From: Stegostoma tigrinum
Lineage: Eukaryota
DNA length: 64,000 nucleotides
NCBI RefSeq assembly: GCF_030684315.1
Contig: NC_081391.1
Location: 20,730,629-20,794,628 of the forward strand
Reading direction: 5' to 3'
In this document: positions 59,581-64,000 of the stretch, piece by piece
Position numbering within the stretch: the stretch's first letter is position 1
Layout of the letters: each line of letters begins with the position of its first letter
The notes under the pieces: generated by a model
What the model was told of the DNA's origin: nothing
The model's input: only the letters and a program-made list of their open reading frames with translations
The model's database searches: none
Made by a program: the position numbers and the translations under genes

Positions 59581-59881
59581 TTTCATGTATTCATTGTCAC
59601 AGAAAGAGGCTATTCAGCCTACCCTACCTGTTACTGTTTTTTTTAAAAAGAACTGGCCAATTTGTCCCAATTCACAGATTCTTTCCCAATGGCCCTACCA
59701 TTTGAGTCATGGTGTCATCCAGCACAGAATCAGACCCTTCTGCCCAACTTGTCCATGCTGGCCAGATTTCCAAAACTAATCTAGACCCATTTACTTACAT
59801 TTGACCCATATTCCTGCAAATCTTTCCTATTCATGTAGCAGTTCAAATGTCTTTGAAAATGTTGTAACTGTACCTGCACTT

Positions 59882-60110
59882 GAGATAACAAGATGTAGAC
59901 CTGGATGAACACAGCAGCCCAAGCAGCATCAAAGGAGCAGGAAGGCTGACGTTTTGGGCCTAGACCCTTCTTCAGAAAGGAGGGTCTCGGCCCGAAGCCG
60001 AAGCCGAAGCCGAAGCCTTCCTGCTCCTCTGATGCTGCTTGGACAGCTGTGTTCCTCCAGGTCTATACCCTGTTATCTCAGATTCTCCAGCATCTGCAGC
60101 TCCTACTATC
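59882..60110. mobile_element. Palindromic repeat with internal (GAAGCC)4
   Basis: Arms AGATAACA...GCAGCATC...GGAGCAGGAAGGCT and AGCCTTCCTGCTCC...GATGCTGC...TGTTATCT form a ~90-bp inverted repeat. Confidence 0.7.
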
Positions 60111-61684
60111 TCTGTACCTGCACTTGTTTCTTTTTGTTATATCCCCAAAACACTTTTTGGAACCGCTGTTCAATCTGGATCCCCCATCCCTTCAGAATCC
60201 TCTCGAGTTAAAATGGGCAAATTTAAACTGTCACCATTTAAACTTTAAATCGTTAGTGGTGTGATGGAGGCCAATGGAAATCCAGAAGGATTTGGAAATG
60301 GAAGATTCCTACTTGATATTGTTGCAAAAGATAACGTACATGAAAGGGTTAATCTATGAGTGAACATGGAATTACACTCTTTCTGCTGTATAGCACAGCC
60401 TTTGGATGAAGCATTGGCTATTTGGTGATTGGAGCAGGTTGGTTCAAATCCCAACACAGCAGATGGTGGGATTTGAATGCAATACAAAAAAAAAACCTGG
60501 AATTACAAATCTACTGACGACTGTGAAACCACTAGCGATTGTCCTTAGAAATCCATTAGGTAATTGATGTGCTTTAGGGAAGGAAGCCCCCTGCCTTACC
60601 TGCAACTCTGACACTTTCCTTTCCAGTTGAAAGCCTGATTAATGGCTCCTTTCACACTTCAAAAGTATTTGATCAAGGAAAGGTATCAATGGATAATGCT
60701 GTTCCACTGACAGGTGAACTGAAACTGGCTCCCATTAAATCACTTCTCATCTAGGGTTGTAACCAGCTAACAATATCCTGCCTGGAATATTGACAGCTAA
60801 GGGACATTTGCCAAGGAACTGGCTGTAACAGATCAGGGGTGGGTAGGGAGGAAAGGAGATGCACAGCTAAAATTGTGACACAGGCCAAGCACAGGAATTA
60901 GGCAAGAAATCAGACAGTTTCTTTGAACAGAATTGTTTTTCTTGAACTTTAAAGAAGAAAACTATTCATCTCCAAAGTGTACAGCATCACATGTTGGAAG
61001 TCAGTGCTTTCCTCGGCTGCAGGGTGGGAGAGAAACTAGTTTCCTGAGTTTAGGGGGTAGTCCTTTGGGACAGTTGACAAGTTTGGGTGAGGCACTCATG
61101 TCTATTAAAGTTAGGTTAGACTATGTTATAAGTGCTGGATTGCTGGTTAATAGGCTAACCTTGATTTTCATAAATCTGAAGTGGTACTAAATTAATAGCA
61201 CACAAACCTCCACTGAAGTGATAATTCCTAATTGAGGTGAAAAACACCAGTTTAAGCTGGTAATACAGAGCAAAGATTGGCCTTTTGTTTCATTGAGGAT
61301 CTTCACCTGGTCTGTAACAACCAGCCTAACCTCCCAGTCACTGCCCATTTAAACTCCAATCCAGACTTGGCCTCCTCTGTTGCACATTTGAAGAACAACC
61401 TTATCTTCTGTCTGGGCACGCTACTGCATGGAGGATTCAGAACATGGACTTCCCCAATTTCACATTCTAGTTTCCACCCATCCCCACCTCCTCCCCTTCC
61501 AGCCACCAACTCAGTTTCTCCATCCCATTGATGGTACTATTCCGAGAAAGCATACAGACTACAGGTAGTGAGCATTTTATTCAGTTCAAAAAGCCCTTTT
61601 CACAATAAAGCCAAGGTCACCACCATGAGAGACATGAGCCATTTGACTGAATAACACCATAAGTACCCATTCCCTGCAGTCAGT

Positions 61685-64000
61685 TCAGTCGCTCTCCCCT
61701 AGTGAGAGAGTGTCAAACAGGTACTCTCCCATGCCATTGTCAGGGGCTCCCAGTCTCTTCAGGTTGGTGATGTGATCTCCCAGCTTCTTGATCATCTTCA
61801 CTTGCTCATCCAAGTAGTGCCTCTCCAGGAAGTCACACAGCTGGAAGACAAAAGTATCCAAAAGGATCAAAAAGAGATGTCTGAAAGTGATCTCCCACAA
61901 CAGATGTGACCATCACCACCATGTGGAGGTGCACTCAGGGTAATGCCTTTGAAGGGCTGTTTTAACAGCCTGCAGGGGGCTGGGAGAAGGTAACTGGATG
62001 TCCAGGTGAGTACACCAGAGCTTTTCCTTCATTTAGAAGTGAAAAAACTCACATGAGGGTCCGTGTGGCCAGAGGCCAGTTTGTGCAGATCCAGCAGACT
62101 CTGGTTCACATCCTTCTCCATCTGCAGAGCTCTCTGCATTGCCTCCAGACCATTGCCCCACTCATCCTGCCCTGGCTTCTGGAGGGAGGGAAGCAGTAAC
62201 AAAGCACAGCTCAGCAGGCAGTTGTATCATTAGTCTATATCTGATCAGTTAGTTGTCTGTCATCATTGTAGGGAGGTACTTCAGACCAACTTTACTTTGG
62301 CATCAAACAACCTCTAGATTTCACACGGTTCTGAAAGAGCAAGTTTAAGCATATCCTACATTGGGAGAATAGGTACCAATGGAAGTAATTCCTTGCTTTG
62401 CTATTCTATGCCTTGGAATTGTTCTGATCACAACAACATTAGAAACATCTAGATAAGCAAGGCTGAAAGCTGCTGCTTTCTTCTCCTAGAAATCTAGTCT
62501 TACCTTCTGTGGCCTCATCTTGTTTACACACTTGCTCACCTTCCAATATTCTGGATCACCTCAATTGCCTACTGTTCTTGGAACATAAAAGAGAAAAAGG
62601 CATTTCCTTCAAAATGAATGTGTATTTTGTTTCAGTGAGCAACCTACCATTCAGAGCATTTACTCAGTCCTACAGGTCAACAGAGATGTACCAGTCAGCT
62701 CACAAAGAGCTGCCAACTTGAAGATCAAGAATCAACCTTGATGTCCTGCAGGAGGACTCAGCCTCGATGTTTATTCTGGAATGCCATCAGTTTCTCAGCG
62801 TGTGCCCGTTCCTCATGGGACTGCTCCTTGAAGAACTCAGCAAAGTGACGCAGGGCAACATCATCCCAGTCAAAGTAACAGAACTGCAAAGTGGGAAGCA
62901 AACGTCAGTCTCAATGGCTCACTTTAACCAATCACTGTTTTTGCTTTCACCAACAGGATGTTGATAGATGGACCAAAAGAGAAAAAAGTTATGTCACATT
63001 GATGTGAGTCCAAAACCAGACATATTCACCCCTCAAAATAGAGGCAGTAAGCACAAGCTGCAGCCTCTGACCTGTGTCAGGGAGAGACATTGCAATGAGT
63101 GAGCTGTGGTGGACTGTGAAGTTCACAGCTGGATACAGCCATTAGACAACCCTGCGCTCATGGTCAGAAACACTTAGGGCTGGAAGCCAGTAAGGTCATG
63201 GTCCTACTGAATAGAGGGACCTGTGCATGTTGACCAGGGTGCCAGGAAATCTCAGCCAGCTCCCCATATCACTCACCTGATTAAACAGTGTCCTACGATC
63301 TACTCTACACCAAACCATGACCAATTTGGTTCTAGATCATTCACATTTCAAGTGAAAGAATGTGCTGCATCACAGTTAGCATCTAATAAAAACACTCAGG
63401 AAAGGTCATTGGGCCAAAACAACATGAACTGATTTCTCACCACAAATCCTGCTAGACCAGCAGAGCCTATCCAGCAGGCTTTGTTTTTGTTTCTTGTTCC
63501 CAGTAGTTATCCCAATTTTAAGTTAGTTGGGACTTTTTAAAAAAACTTCATTAATTGGGCATTTAAATCAAGCTAAGCTTCCACAAGGAACATTTCCAAG
63601 ATAAGGAGCAGTTGAAATCAATAAGGAAGGAGTTGAATTACAAAGCAAAGCCAGCCCATCCCTCTACACCAGAGGATGCTCTGCCGCAAGTGACAACACC
63701 CTGGGGACTCCCAGCCACAGGCCAGTTCTAACTGAAAACTGACTTTAAAATTTCAACACAGGCCTGCTGTGTTCATCCAGCCTCACATTTTATTACAATG
63801 TTAAGTGTGTTTACTTGATTCAGTCAGGGAAGAATAGCAAACAAGATATGTGCAAAAGCTAATTCATTGAGCAAGAAAACACTAAATCACTCAGTACAAT
63901 CATATCAGAGCTCCAATCAGAAATAGAAAATTCAGGATCACAAAGCTCACCATGGAGAGGTAAACATAGGAGGAATAGAGCTCCAGGTTGATCTGCTTGT
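61685..64000 (-). pseudogene. Ferritin copy 9, probable pseudogene (exon 1 truncated by window edge)
   Basis: Exons >64000-63951, 62883-62737, 62178-62053, 61840-61685. R76 CGA>TGA at 62760-62758; also S36C, R40W, E61A, R73H, G74R, E86G. Confidence 0.9.

Overview
Eukaryotic (vertebrate) genomic DNA. The repeat content (V-SINE/HE1-like and DeuSINE-like SINEs, CR1 and L2 LINEs) suggests a cartilaginous fish; this is an inference. The window holds a head-to-tail tandem array of nine four-exon ferritin genes, all on the minus strand, of the heavy-B/middle-subunit type (173-176 aa, ferroxidase ligands retained). Copies 1, 2, 4, 5, 7 and 8 (numbered left to right) have intact reading frames and splice sites. 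Copies 3, 6 and 9 carry disabling lesions, and copy 9 runs off the right edge. The main oddity is regulatory. The promoters place a TATA box and initiator so close to the ATG that the predicted 5' UTR is only about 30-43 nt, with no iron-responsive element (IRE). They instead share a compact cassette: CTGGGA, an MRE-like TGCACTC 16 bp from the TATA, TGACATCA, and several CCAAT boxes. Exons are homogenised even at synonymous sites while most introns are unalignable. There is evidence of chimeric copies and possibly an (ABC)x3 higher-order unit. Intergenic and intronic space is filled with LINE, SINE and LTR-like relics, including two near-identical young CR1 insertions. Residue numbers use Met=1 of these proteins (human mature H-chain number = n+3; frog M number = n-1).
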